From Vicugna vicugna (lineage: Eukaryota): a DNA stretch of 46,213 nucleotides. Location of the stretch: positions 1 through 46,213 of the forward strand of contig MU058259.1 of assembly GCA_013265495.1 (NCBI GenBank), given 5' to 3'. Of the stretch, positions 12,495 to 25,612 are shown in pieces. Below the pieces are notes generated by a model, which had not been told where the DNA came from, ran no database searches, and worked only from the letters and a program-made list of their open reading frames with translations. Position 1 is the first letter of the stretch; every line of letters begins with the position of its first letter. A program made the position numbers and the translations under genes.

Positions 12495-12668
12495 ATTATG
12501 TTGTTATAACTATTGAAGACAGTGATGACGATGATGATAATGTGATAATGGAAGAGTCTAATACAGAGATTACTGAGAATACATTTTCCAGTGACAAAAT
12601 ATTGACTGTACAACCAGATTTTCAAGGCAACAGTGATAACGCTCAGCAACCATCCCAATTGTCATATG
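12495..12668 (+). CDS. BEND2: BEND2 coding exon 2 (DYVVITIEDSDDDDD...QPDFQGNSDNAQQPSQLSY)
   Basis: Acceptor ttag|, donor G|gtaatt, 174 nt, open, phase 1-1. Similar to recalled human DFVIITVDDSDD...[20 protein letters not shown]. Confidence 0.9.
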
Positions 12669-13024
12669 GTAATTTTGTTAAATTTCCTCCTGTGTGAAAT
12701 TTTGCTCCCTGGTCCCCATTTCCAGTAAATTGCTTAAATATTCCTATAACTTACATTAATTAGTTATTATCAGAGGGCCAAGCTTTGTGGTAATAGCACA
12801 ATGTTTACTTGTGCTTACATTTTCCCTTCATTTAAGCTTTGTCATGTCTCCTTTTCAATTTTGTTCTAGTGGGAGTGGGGAGGTAGCTTGGAAGAACATT
12901 GGGGAGAATATAGTCTCTGTCTCTGAAAAATTATTTATACCTGAAAACTAAGATTATAACTGTTTGGTGGCAAAGCAAAAACTGAACTTATGGGAGAAAT
13001 GGCTTGGGTCAAGAGTCCATGGAA

Positions 13025-13215
13025 CAGATGACATGATTGTCTGTGGAGACAATCTCAAAGAATCAATAAAAAACTCCTAAGCAGTTATAGCAAGATTTCA
13101 GGATACACGGTTAATATGCAAAAGTCAATCCTTTTCCTATATACCAGCAATAAACAATTGGAACTTGAAATTAAAAAAAAAAAACACAGCATCATTTACA
13201 TAAGCACCCAAAAAA
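13025..13215 (+). mobile_element. L1 ORF2 (reverse transcriptase region) fragment
   Basis: cagatgacatgattgt and caggatacacggttaatatgcaaaagtcaat are L1 ORF2-like. Confidence 0.65.
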
Positions 13216-13454
13216 GAGTCCTGCACCCAGAACTCTAACTACTTGTCCTTCCAGTGGTTACTTCTCAACCACAATAACGAAGGAAATGTGAGGCCATTCA
13301 CCTCTTCACTTACACACAGAGCCAAGAGACATTAACGCCTGGGAACATTTCTTCAGTAACTATGTGACAATATGCTCTTTGCCCTTAGAGAATTGGGTTT
13401 CCTTAGAGAATTGGGTTTCCTATTCTTCAAAGCGCTGAAATGTTATTACTTACA

Positions 13455-13799
13455 TTGGAAGTCAGAAAGCTTTTTCTGTAAAGAGCCAGATAGTAAATAT
13501 TTTAGGATCTGCAGATGTAAGGGCTCTGTTGGAACTACTCAGCTCTGCTGTTGAAACATGAAAAACAGCATTGTATTAACATGAGTATGGGTGTGTTTCA
13601 GTAAAACTTTATGGACACAGACACTTGAATTTCCTATAATTTTTCCATTTCATGAAATATTCTTTTGTTTTTGAGTTTTGAAACTTAAAAATGTGAAAAA
13701 AAAATCCACCAAAAGATGAAACCATTTTTAGCTCCTGGGCTGTATAAAAACAGGCGGCAAGGTGGATTTGGTCTGCAGGCCACAGTTTGCCAATCCCTG
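13455..13799 (+). mobile_element. MER58B-like hAT-Charlie DNA transposon
   Basis: tttttctgtaaagagccagatagtaaatattttagg through ggccacagtttgccaatccctg, about 340 bp, matches the recalled MER58B consensus. Confidence 0.8.
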
Positions 13800-14058
13800 A
13801 TCTAACTAATGCCAAAAGTCATTTGATACCACTTGTTATCAGTTGTTTTAAAACTATATGCAGGACCAGTAGGATACTTTCTTAGTGTATTGTAGAACAT
13901 CTGACAGCATCCCTCCTTAGTGGGGAAAAAACTAGAGGAGAATTTTCAAATGTAGATACCCTTTGACCTATCATTTCTACTTTCAGGAATTTATCCCATA
14001 GAGCTACTTGCAGAAGTGCAAGAGTATTCAACAGTGTTCTTTGCAAGGGCAAAACTTT

Positions 14059-14139
14059 TGTTTTATTTTTTTATTTTTTAAATTTTTTGTGGGGAGGAGG
14101 TAATTGGGTTTATTTTTAAAGGAGCTACTGGGGAATGAA
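14059..14139 (-). mobile_element. 5'-truncated vic-1-like SINE with TSD
   Basis: Same tail text as the 8.5 kb and 45.1 kb copies. TSD tgcaag(g/a)gcaaaacttt at 14042-14058 and 14140-14156. Confidence 0.7.
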
Positions 14140-14407
14140 TGCAAGAGCAAAACTTTAGAAGTAGCTTGAATATCCATGAGTCAGACACTGGTTAAATAAA
14201 TCATGGATGGCCTATCTGCATAATAGGAAACTAAGAAGCTGTTAAAGTGATTGCAGTATATACCTAAAGGTATTAGTTTGGAAAGACCAATACACGTGTA
14301 GTGGAAAAAGGAGGTTGCAGAGCAGTACTTACAGTCTCATCCCTTTTAGCTATCTAACTAACAGAAAAATTCAGAATAGGAGATTTCAGAAAAGGTGGCT
14401 AGGTAAT

Positions 14408-15195
14408 TTTTTTTATTGTGGTAAAATATACATAACACCATATTTATCATTTTAATCATTTGTAAGTGTCCAGTTAGTGGCATTAAACAGCCTAATTACG
14501 CTGACTAAAATTTTCAGTACACTGTTGACAGCAGTGGTGAAAACAGGCATCCTGTTCCTAATTTTAAGGGGAAAGCTTTCAAGTTTTTCACCATTGAATA
14601 TGATATTAGTTGTGAGTTTTCATAAATACTCTTTATCTGATTGTGGAATTTTCCCTCTCTTCCTGGTTTCTGAGAATTTTTATAATGAAATGGTGTTGAA
14701 TTTTGTCATCAGTTGAGACGATTGTGATTTTTTTCCCCTTTATTCTATTAATGAGATGTGTTACATTTGATTGGTTTTCTTATGTTGAACCACCCCTGCA
14801 TTCCTGGAATAAATCCCTCTTGGTCATTGTGAATAATCCTTGTAATATACTGTTGGATTAGATTTGTTAGTATTTTGTTGAGGATTTTTGCATCTATATT
14901 TATAAGGGATAGAGGTCTGTTTTTCTTCATTTGTAATGTCTTTATCTGGCTTTGAGTTCAGGGTAATTCTGGCTTCATAGAATGAGTTAGTAAGTATTCC
15001 CTCTTCAGTGTTTTGGAAGAGTTTGAGAAGGATTGGCCTGTTAATTCTTCTTTAAATGTTTGGTAGAATCTAGCAGTGAAGCCCTTCGGTCCAGACCTTT
15101 TCTTTACTGGGAGATTTGTGATGATTGATTCATTCTCTTTATTTATTATAGGTCTCTTGAGATATTCTATTTTGTCTTGAGTCAGTTTAGATAAT
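14408..15195 (-). mobile_element. L1 fragments (3' end joined to ORF2 RT region)
   Basis: Minus [20 protein letters not shown]...[14 protein letters not shown] is the L1 ORF2 RT motif. Confidence 0.85.
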
Positions 15196-15229
15196 TAATT
15201 TTTTCAATTTTCAGGGCAAATTGTCTTCT

Positions 15230-16700
15230 CATTTATCAGTATCAAGCAATTAGAAAATATATAGGAAAAAACCCCAATTGTTAATGGCTACAAATAAGTA
15301 TTTAAAATTCTAAGGAATAAATGAATAAAAAATAGCAGAACCTATATGAAAGGAAAGAAAATACTTTATTGATGGTCATAAAAGAAGGCTTGGGTAGGTG
15401 GAGAGACACAAGTTGTTCCTAGATGAGAAAAAAGCACTCTAGTATACCTTAAAAAATATCTTTGGGAAAAACCTGTCTAAGGGACAGGTGATAATTTATC
15501 ATACTAAACACTAAAAAAATGTTAAAGTACAATTATTGAAATATTATGGTACTAGCTGTGAAATAGGGAGCCAGATTTAATGCAATAGGAAGCTCATACA
15601 CAGAACAAAGAATTTAGAGTTGATACACTATAGCATGTTAATATGAGAAACATATTACTTAGTGAATCATGCTGGTACAAATGGTTAACTATTGGAAGGG
15701 AGAAGCCCATTGGATTTTGCCTCACATTACACTTAAATAATTTCAAGATGGATTAAAGAATTGAATAGCTAGTAAATGGAAGTATGGAAAACTAGAAGAA
15801 AATATAGTTTAATTTTTTTTCTCATCCTAGTGAAAGAATGAGGATAGAAACTGTTGGAGAAATCACAAAAATATTAATGAGTTTGATTAAACTGAAAACA
15901 AAGAACTCCCTATCTCAAAAACATCAGACTTCAAAATCACATCACCACCTGGGGAAAGTATTTGCTGAAAATGTTCATTTTCCAGAGTTATTATCCTTAA
16001 GATAGCAAGACTTCATATAAGTCAACAGGAAACACTGAATCTCCATTAGGGCAATGAGCAGAAGACATGGAAAATAACAAGTCACAGAACAAGAAATCTT
16101 AATAGATGGAAAACATCTGAAAAATATTCAATTGGATTAGTAAGAAGAGAAATGCAAATTAAAATGGGATATAAAGATGGTATGAACTTTCGTCTGTCAA
16201 ATTAACAATTTTTACATGATTCATTTTTGTGATAATGGAGAAAAAACATTGCACTTCAGTTCTCTATAAATGTAAAATTAGTACAACCTTTTTAGATATT
16301 TTGGCAGCACCTATCAGGAGCCCCTGAAAGGTTCCTAGCCTTGACCTAGTGATTCTGCTACATATGCATTATAAGGAACTAGATAGAGATGTACATAAAT
16401 ATTTATATTTGAATATGTACACATCATTATAGCACAATAGCGAGCAATTGAAAGTCACATAAATGTCCTACAACAGAAAACAGATAACATAACCTTTGGA
16501 CATCCACACGATGGAATATTATGCAGGCATTAAAAATATTTAAAAATTATAAATGACATACAAAATTTCTCAGAATATATGTACAGTATGATTCAAACTA
16601 CTGTATAAAACACATGGAGTAAGAAAAAGAGAAGGAACTATATCTAAGGGATATGATATTTATTAGTGATGAATTTATTAATATTCTGAATTTTTATGAA
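15230..16700 (+). mobile_element. Highly diverged L1 (L1ME-like) ORF2 and 3' remnant
   Basis: A-rich, with degenerate L1 hallmarks such as gaaatgcaaattaaaa and atggaatattatgcag. Confidence 0.55.
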
Positions 16701-16954
16701 GAGCTTAATTTTACATACTTTTAATAGAAATCTATCACATACAAAAATATGCACAAATCACAAATATGCAGCTTACATAGTTTTCAAATTAACACATATA
16801 TGTAATCAACACAACACCAAGAAATAAAAGGTTATGTGCTCCCCAGAATCAGCTCTCACCTCCCTTTCAGTCACTACTCTCTCCCAAGGTAGCACTATCC
16901 TGACATCTCCCACCACTGATTACTTTTGCCTGTCTTTGCACTTTAGATCAATTC

Positions 16955-17753
16955 ATATACTATTCTTTTAGGTTCCTGGACCCAATTCCAGTGTGTGTGT
17001 TGGGGCTTCCCACACAACATCAAGAAATTCTTGGACACCAGCAGGGTGTCTGAGAAGTCAAGTCAATTCTAACACTATCTATAGAAAGTGTCAGATTCCA
17101 CAGGTTGAGGATTCAGTCTTACAAGACTCCCCCCCACAACCCGCCCCATAGCTGTGCTTTTGACCGACTTTCTGTAAATCAAAGGTTCCCACAACTGCCT
17201 CCTTCTAGGATTAATTTGCTAGAGTGGTTCACAGAATTCAAAGAAACATCTTACTAACTGGACTAACGGTTTATTTTAAAAGGATGTAACTCAGGAACGG
17301 CCAGATGAAAGAGAGGCACAGGGCAAGGTCTGGGGAAAGGACACGGAGCTTCCAAGTCCTCTCTTAGCTCTACTCTCCTCAGTCTCCACGTTTTCATCAA
17401 CCCAGAAGCTCTCTGAACCCTGTCCTTTTGGGTTTTTATGGAGGCTTCATTATGTAGCTACGATTGATTAAATCAATAACCACTGGTGATTGATTCAGCC
17501 TCCATCCCCTCTACCCTCCCCGAGGTCAAGGGGATGGCACTGAAGGTTCCAATCTTCTAATCATATGATGGATTCCTCTGGTGACCAGCCCCTGTCCATA
17601 GGTGAGCATTCCAAAAGTAACCTCATTAACATAACAAAGACACCTTTATCACTCTCATCCCTTAAAAACTTTTTAAGAATTTTAGGAGCTCAGTACCAGT
17701 AACCAGGACGGGAGACCAAATATATATTTCTTACTATAAATCACAATATCACA
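16955..17753. mobile_element. MER21-like LTR inserted in an old L1
   Basis: ggacaccagcagggtgtc...tcagattccacaggttgagg and the terminus accaaatatatatttcttactataaatcacaatatcaca match recalled MER21. Confidence 0.7.
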
Positions 17754-18883
17754 GCTGTATACTCTTTTGTGTCTAGCTTTTATTCAACATGATGGTTGTG
17801 AGACTCGTCATCATAGTATGTGGCTTCTCATTGCTGTGTAGTCTGTCTTTGTATGAAAACACCCAGTTTAATTATTTATATAGCTTGTACTAGTCAGGAA
17901 AAAACCAGTTTAAAAAACAAAAATTGCAATTGCAGCTCAAACTGGAGGTATTTCATAACTGAATTTTCCCCACAATATTACTGTGCATTTTTCTAACTTG
18001 AAAGTTTTTATGTCCTTTGATTTCTTGCTTCTGAGCCTTTGTTCATTAGTATCTCCACTACAGAATGAAAGGAAAACAGGAAAGGAGGTGAAACTTGAAT
18101 CCTTTCATTCTGCCTCTCATTACTGCCCTGGCGCAGGATGGATAAATGAATTGGCTCTCTCATTAACACCCCTCCTGGTACTGTGAGGCCAGCGTTCAAA
18201 TCTACTACAAGATATAATATGCTAGCATTGGACTCAGTGTCTTTTTGTGGTCGAACAGCTGAATGACTGAGAACCATAACCGAGCCTACATAATTCTAGA
18301 AGAGCTTTGGCTTATTTTTCACATACATTTATTTAAAGTTTAATACAAAATTTGACTACGGAAGCAATTGTACTCTCAGCGCTGAAATGACCTTAGACAT
18401 AATCTCAATCAGTTTTCACTTGGCGGGGGAGGAGGCGATGTCTTTAGAGGTCACCCCGGCCACACACTGTGGTAGAGGCCCAACCCGGAATAGATTCCCG
18501 TATCACCTCTGGAGGCCGGCAGCCTCTCTGGGTAAAACGCTGGGTAAAAAGTCTCTGAGCTCCTTTACGGAAGCGGTTAGGAAGCATGCTGTTGCTCACT
18601 TGTTTCCAGCATTTACTCTGTAGCCTCTACGTTGTGAAGCATTCATTTCACAATTTGAACCAGTATTTGATCTTGATTCTTATTCCTGTGCATTGGCAAT
18701 AAAGCCCTTCAGTTTTTAAAGGTTTATTCTAAATCAGTTAATGGAAGAACTCTTGTTTTGTCACTCTCCAAAATTCAGCCATGACTCCAGTTCAACTTGA
18801 GTTGGCATTCTGAGAACATATCCTTATTACGTTTATTAAGGCAGTAAGTATGTAAATTGACTGTTTTATGCGTTGCTTTTCAG

Positions 18884-19017
18884 GAGTTGATGACCAAGCA
18901 GTTTCAGAAGTGAACCATCCAGCAAATTTAAAAAGATACAGTCTCAACTCCGCGGACGTGGGATTTATCCCGTTGCACAAAAAAGGGCGATTGTCTGTTC
19001 CAAGGGAGAATAACATG
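18884..19017 (+). CDS. BEND2: BEND2 coding exon 3 (GVDDQAVSEVNHPANLKRYSLNSADVGFIPLHKKGRLSVPRENNM)
   Basis: Acceptor ttttcag|, donor |gtttgt, 134 nt, phase 1-0. Similar to recalled human [20 protein letters not shown]. Confidence 0.88.
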
Positions 19018-19059
19018 GTTTGTATATTTAAGTGAAACTCTTCTTTTCATTCTACTTTC

Positions 19060-19650
19060 TTTTTAATAAATTGCGTTTAATTTCATACAGTGAAATGCAC
19101 AGGTATTAAGTTTACATTTCAATGAGTTTTGACAAATATGTATATCCATTCCTCATCAAAGTAAAGAGAATTTCCATCATCCCAGAAAGTTCCCTTATGC
19201 CTCATCCTAGTAAGTCCCCATCCCCTCGAATTTTGGAGAATTACTGTTCTGATGTTTTTTTCATCATAGATTAGTTTTACCTGTTCTAGAACTTTATATA
19301 AATACAATCATACAGTATGCACTCTTTTGTGTCATGTTTTCCTTTCCTTTGAGTAATGTTTGATATTCATCTGATTGTAGCACTATTTCACTCCTGTTTA
19401 TTGCTGAGTAGTATTCTGTTGTATGAATATCAATCATTTATTTATGCATTCTCCTTTTGATGGACATTAGCGTTATTTCTAGTTTTTGGCTATTATGAGT
19501 AAAGTGACTATGAACATTATTATGGAAATCTCTTTGTGAACATACGTTTATATTTAACTTGGGTAGATACTCGGGATTGGAAGTACTGGGTCACAGGGTA
19601 GATTATAAGAAACTACCAGTTTTCTGACGCAGTTGTACTGTTTTTCATTT
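19060..19650 (-). mobile_element. Old L1 3' region
   Basis: Antisense L1 text such as ttattgctgagtagtattctgttgtatg and tttttggctattatgagtaaag. Confidence 0.7.
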
Positions 19651-20849
19651 CCATCATATTCTGCTGTGCTTCTAAATCTCTAAAGTTGAATAAAATGGAT
19701 TATTAAACTATATATAATTAAGCTTAACATAAAATGCATTTATTTACTTACATAAGGATGAGGATAGTAATACCACCTAATTAGTATAGGCAGTTCCCCA
19801 ATATTTTGATCTTTGGGAATAATGTTAGTTGCCTCCCAAGAGTCGTGGTTTCTGACATAACTATGTGAAAGCATTTTGAAAAGCATAAAGCATTATAGAA
19901 GGGTAAGATGAAAATATTGTTTTTATAATTATTAATCTATATTATAATTCCATATAATTTTTACTGCCTAATTTGTTATGCAGGGCTAATTCAGATAATT
20001 TTTAAAAGAAAAACTCTGATAACGACTTGGTATGTTTATATTAAAATTATTCTCATAGTCCATAATTAATCCTTAGAATAGAGTTATTATTATAATGAAA
20101 TTTAATGGTTATTTGCTGTCTGTTTGCTTATTTATACTGTTTTATTCCAAAAAAGGATTTAAGGTGTCTTAGAGATTAATTTAATAAGAAAAATAGGTGC
20201 TTAAGTGTTTCCTATTTTGTCCACAGAGTGTCACTGTTAGATTATTTGAAAATCAAAAGCCATCTAGCATTTGATTCTTTGTGGTTAGAAATATTTGCTT
20301 TTAAAGCAGTTCTGGTGCCAGATTACTGGAAGACTAGTCTTTCTACCCTGAAGTACATAAAGGGTTAAGCTTGATGGAAAATGTTGTCTTAAACGTAGTT
20401 GGGTTAATGAGAGAACAGTTCTGCACATATCTTTCCATGTTGTTGTAGTATTTGCAATGGTCAGAGATCCTTTAGGCCTTTGGAGCTTCTTGAAGGCGAA
20501 ATTGAAGTCTTAAAACTTTTCTTTCAATTCTTTCTTTAATATTTCCTTTTGCTTTAATAAATCCTCCCTATACAAGAACATGAATATTTGATTGTGAAGA
20601 AGGTGGACCTGACATTAGTGAATGTATAAAAAATTGAATATGTAATATTAATTGATAATTGCCAAATATATTCACATTTACTATCATAAAGAAAATCATT
20701 AAAATTCTTCAATTTTCATTTATTGTGGAGTTACTCTGAACTCGTGAGCTCAAGGAAGTATTTCCTCACATGAATGCTTAATCATTTTATTTACCTCTCT
20801 TCCTTATCTAATAGAAATTCATAGTACTTTTATTTTGTACCCTGTTTTA

Positions 20850-22170
20850 GTAGCTTTTCTAATTTTCGCAACAGCTTTAGATTTACAAGAGAGTGCAAAA
20901 ATATTACAGAGAGTTCTTGTGTATACACTTCACACAACTTCCCTTAATGTTAACTTACCTGTATAACTTAAAGTTATGGTAACTCTATAACCACAGTGCA
21001 GTTTTCAAAACCAAGGTATTAACATTGGTACAGTACTATTAGCTAAACTGCATCCTTGTTGGAATTTCAGCATTCCCCTTCCCCCATGTCATTTTTCTGT
21101 TCCAGAATCCAATCCAGTATCCTACATTGAATTTAGTTGTGTCTCCTTAGTTTCTTCCAGTCTGTGACAAGTCCTCATTCTTTCCTTGTCTTTCATGACC
21201 TTGACATTTTTGATGAGTGTACTGATCAGTTATTTTCTAAAATGTCGCTTGATTTTGGTATGTCTGATATTTTCTCTTGAATAGATTGAGATTATGCATT
21301 TTTGGCAAGAACGCCACACAAACCATGTTACCTTCTCACTGAATCATTTCAGGAGTACAAGGTTTCCATATAGCTTTTGTCTAGTGTTAACATCAATCAC
21401 CTGGTTATCATGATGTCTTCTGGATTTTTTTTCACTGCAAAGTTACTATTTTCCCTTTGTAATTAATAAATATCTTGGGTGGGAGTGTACTTTGATGCTA
21501 TGCTAATATCCTGTCCTCAGCTTTTTACCCTGAGTTGACTTAGCTCATGGATTTTACCATGGACTTTACCTGCAATGTTTACTAATGTGGTATTTGCCTA
21601 ATGGTGACTTTCTGTTTTCCTTATTGCTTTATATTTATTAATTGGAATTGGTTTGTAAGGAATAATTGTCCTTTCTCCCCCATTTATTTATTTATTCAGT
21701 TATATATTTTATATAAGTATGGACTCATGGGCAGTTATTGTATTAAAAACGTTGTCATCCAACATTATCATTATTTTGTTGATCAAATTTTCCAGCTTTG
21801 GCCATTGGGAGCTCCCTCCAACTGCCGCCTGTGGCTTTTTGACATGCCCCCACTTTTTTTTTTTTGAGCAATTTCTTATTTTCTGACATTACAAGGTGTT
21901 CTAGCCTCATTTATACTTTCCCTGTGTCAGCCCTGGAATTCACCTCTCTCCAAGGAGCTCTGGTTCCTTTTATTGGAGAGTGGTATTTAGAAATCAAGAC
22001 CTGGACACTAGGTGTGTTCATTGCTACTCTTGTGTCATTGATCTTAGGCCTTCTCAGTGGACACAGCTAGGAAATAAATGTATGTATACTAATCCATGCA
22101 TATGCATACATTTACATTTCTATATCTGTTTTTATATATATTGTAAATTATGTGTTCATACTGATATTCA
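20850..22170 (-). mobile_element. Old L1 3' UTR (L1MC/MD-like)
   Basis: Antisense L1 3' UTR text such as ccttgtctttcatgaccttgaca and ccagctttggccattgggagctc. Confidence 0.7.
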
Positions 22171-24723
22171 GAAGCTTTTCTTAAACTTAGATTCTTATAT
22201 AATAAATTCCTTCCTTTAACCCCCTTTTAAATCAGCTCTTTTTCATTCTCATGAATGTGGGTTTTGGTTTTACTTTATCTCTGCTTTATATTGTAGGCTT
22301 CTGAAATCCTTTTGGAATGTAGGTAATAAAAGAACAATTAAAATACAGAAATATATAACGTTATTTTTTCTAGTGTTTTATTTGGCTCTCAGAGACATTA
22401 AAAATTGACTTACTTATTTCTGTGCTATTAATAGGCGTGCAATGCATCTGAAGTTTTTTTTTGATGAAAATCATCAAAACCAGCTTCCAAAACTCCAACG
22501 CAATTGTGAAGTATCAAAGTTGTCTCTTAAATGTAGTTTTCTAAGACATTGAGCTGAAATTTTCTTTACATCATTCAATTTCATTGTACTGTTAATAGAA
22601 AATTTGCTATGCTGAGTTCTGTATGATTATCACTCCACTGTGATACATTTGAAAAAATATCTACTTGAAACAACATCCCTAGGTGAAAAACTTGAACTAA
22701 AAATATGACTTTTGTAGCTTAAAAAAAAAACCCATAACTGCTTAAGTGTAGTTAAGTCTCTTTCATCTAGACCGTTCAATATTGAATTTCTCCAACATTC
22801 TTTTTTAAGAAAATTGGCTGATTTGGAATAAATTTACTATGCCTAAATGTGTTATCAAGATATCTCAATTGAAACAAAATGGCAGCCCACCACTATTTTT
22901 TAAAGAGTATATCTTACATAATTTTGAGGGGATTTTGTAAAAATTGACATGTTGATAGAGACTGATAGAAAAGAAGTATGTAATTATCAAGGGTTTTGTG
23001 AGCTGCATACCCTAGAAGTAAAGAACATTTATAAAAAAATGTTCCTTAACATATAAAGTTTCTTAATGAGCTAGCATACTTTGAAAAGTAAAAGATGCTT
23101 ATGTGAGTCTTTATCATTATTACTCTTGAGAAGAGAAGTGGAATACTTAAAGGGAACCTATGGTGTCTTCTGGGGAAGGATGTCCAGAGGGTGGGACTGT
23201 AGGGGTGACATAGAGAGTTCTGACTTTGAGCAGGGCCATCCCTGGCCTGCTTTACATCAGTAAACATGATGAACTAGGTTGACACTGCTCTACCAGGACC
23301 TTCTGAGCGATGTGCAGGATGTGGTGAGACAGAGCATCTACAATAAGAAATGCCCAGATTCCAAAGTCACGGGCCTGAAACACCCCTCAGGGATCCTCTC
23401 CATTTCTCCTAATTTGACAGCTCCCTCCTTTCTTCAGCTCCTTCCCTTACCAGTCTGGGCCACATGGTGCAGCATTTCATCTTTTCCTTTTTTTGATCCT
23501 TGCCCACCATTGCCCGGTGATTTTCAGACAACCCCAATCTTTGTCTCTTATTTCATGGAGAAAATGGAGGACGTGGAACAGAAATCTCCACCAAGTCCTG
23601 ATTCCTCTCCCCACAGCCAACAAACTTGGCTGGATCCATCTCTCTGCTGACCTCCTTCCCGACCATTCGAACGGGAAGGTGTTTTCCTCTACCAGGCTAA
23701 CACCTTCGCTGGTTTCTGCATCCAACCCTCTTTCCCTGTGTTCAGACACCTCCCTTCATTGGTCGTCCCTCTCTCCTCTACATCTTCAGCCTCTGTCTCT
23801 ATCACTCAGCATATTCATCCTCCTACAGTTTTTAAAAAATCACTTCTTTTGGCCTCTTTAGCTGTCATCCTTGCTCTCTTCTTCCCTTCATAACCGAGCT
23901 CTTTGAATGTCATTTCTATTTACTATCTAAACATCTAACTTCCTGTTTTTATCTCTCTCTCTTTTAATCATAAAAGTAAGACATATGTATATAGTTCACA
24001 GAAAAGTTAAACAGTAGAGAGTAGCTTAAATGAAACATGGAAGTCTTTTCCTCTCCACACTCAGCCCTGTACCTTGGAGGCAACCACCTTTAATAGTCTT
24101 TAAATTCTTGCAGTTTCTACCATTATACAAATAATATATTCTGTTTCTTTTTGTGTTAACTTTCTATGTTAACTTTTTAAAATTTCATTTTTTGTTGAAG
24201 TGTAGTTGATTTACAATGTTAGTTTCAAGTGTACAGCAAAGTGATTCTGTTATACATATATATATTTTTTTCAGATTCTTTCGATGTTAACTATTAACTT
24301 ACCACTTTGAAAAATGAGGAATTTAATTCTTTCATCTTCCCCACTCTGAAATTAGTTACACTGTTATTTGTAGTTCTTTTATTGCTCACTGTAATTTTTA
24401 TTAATAAACTTTTTTACCTGTTTTGTCAGCTTTAGACAGCAGTCCTTTAACCATACTCATGCTCCATCGCTTAAGAACTAGAAATTAGCATTCCATACAC
24501 TATCCTCCATTTACTTCCTTACAATGCCCATTTCTTACATTCCTACCATTGTCAAAGTTTATAAATTTTGTTCTGTAAACTATTAATAAGCCTTCCATGT
24601 TTTGGATATAGGTTATTTCTAAAAATCAAAAATAAATAGTCAGTGCTTACAATTCTCGGATTTTGTAAACATTTTCTATAGAACTAAATAATGTCATTGG
24701 CCTCATAGGGAAACAAATATAAT

Positions 24724-25612
24724 TTTTTATTGAAGTATAATTGACATACAACATGGTATTAATTTCAAGTGTACAACATAATGATTCAACATTTTTATAC
24801 ATAGCAAAATGATTCTCACTATAAGTCTAGTTATCATCTGTCATCATACAGAGTTACAAAATTTTTTTTGTGATAACAGCTTTTAAGATTTACTTTCTTA
24901 GTAACTTTCAAATTTGCAACACAATGTTATTGACTATGCTTTTCAAATTAGTGTCTTCCATTTCTTTGTACAAATAGCCCGAAGTGGAATTGCTGGATTA
25001 TATGGTAGTTCTATTTTTAGTTTTTTGAGGAACCTCCTTAAGTGTTTTCCATAGTGACTGCACCAATTTACATTCCCACCAACAGCACAGGAGGGTTATT
25101 TTTTCTCCACATCCTTACCAATGCATGTTATTTCTTGTTCTCTTGATAATAGCTCTTCGGACAGCTGTGAGGTGATAATCTCATTGTAGTTTTGGTTTGC
25201 ATTTCTCTGATGATTAGTGAGCATCTTTTCATGTACTTGTTGGCCATTTCTATGTTTTTGGAGGAATGTCTGTCTGTTCAGTTCCTCTGCACATTTTTTA
25301 ATTGGATTGTTTTTTGTTACTGAGTTGTATATATTTTGGGTATTAACCTCTTATCAGATATATGACTTGAAAATATCTTCTCCAATTCAGTAGGTTGCCT
25401 TTTTGTTTTGTTGATGGTTTCCTTCACGATGCAGAAGCTTTTTAGTTTGATGTAGTCCCATTTATTTTTGCTTTTGTTGTCATTGCCTTTGGGGTCAGAT
25501 CCAGAAAAATATTGCTAAGACTGATGTCAAGGAGCTTTCTGCTTGTGTTTTCTTCTAGTTTTATGGTTTCTGGTCTTACATTCAAGTCTTTAATCCATAT
25601 TGAGTTAATTAA
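24724..25612 (-). mobile_element. L1 3' portion with internal deletion
   Basis: Starts tttttattgaagtataattgacatacaac and continues into ORF2-end text (cagaagctttttagtttgatgtagtccca). Flanking aaatataat may be a TSD. Confidence 0.8.
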
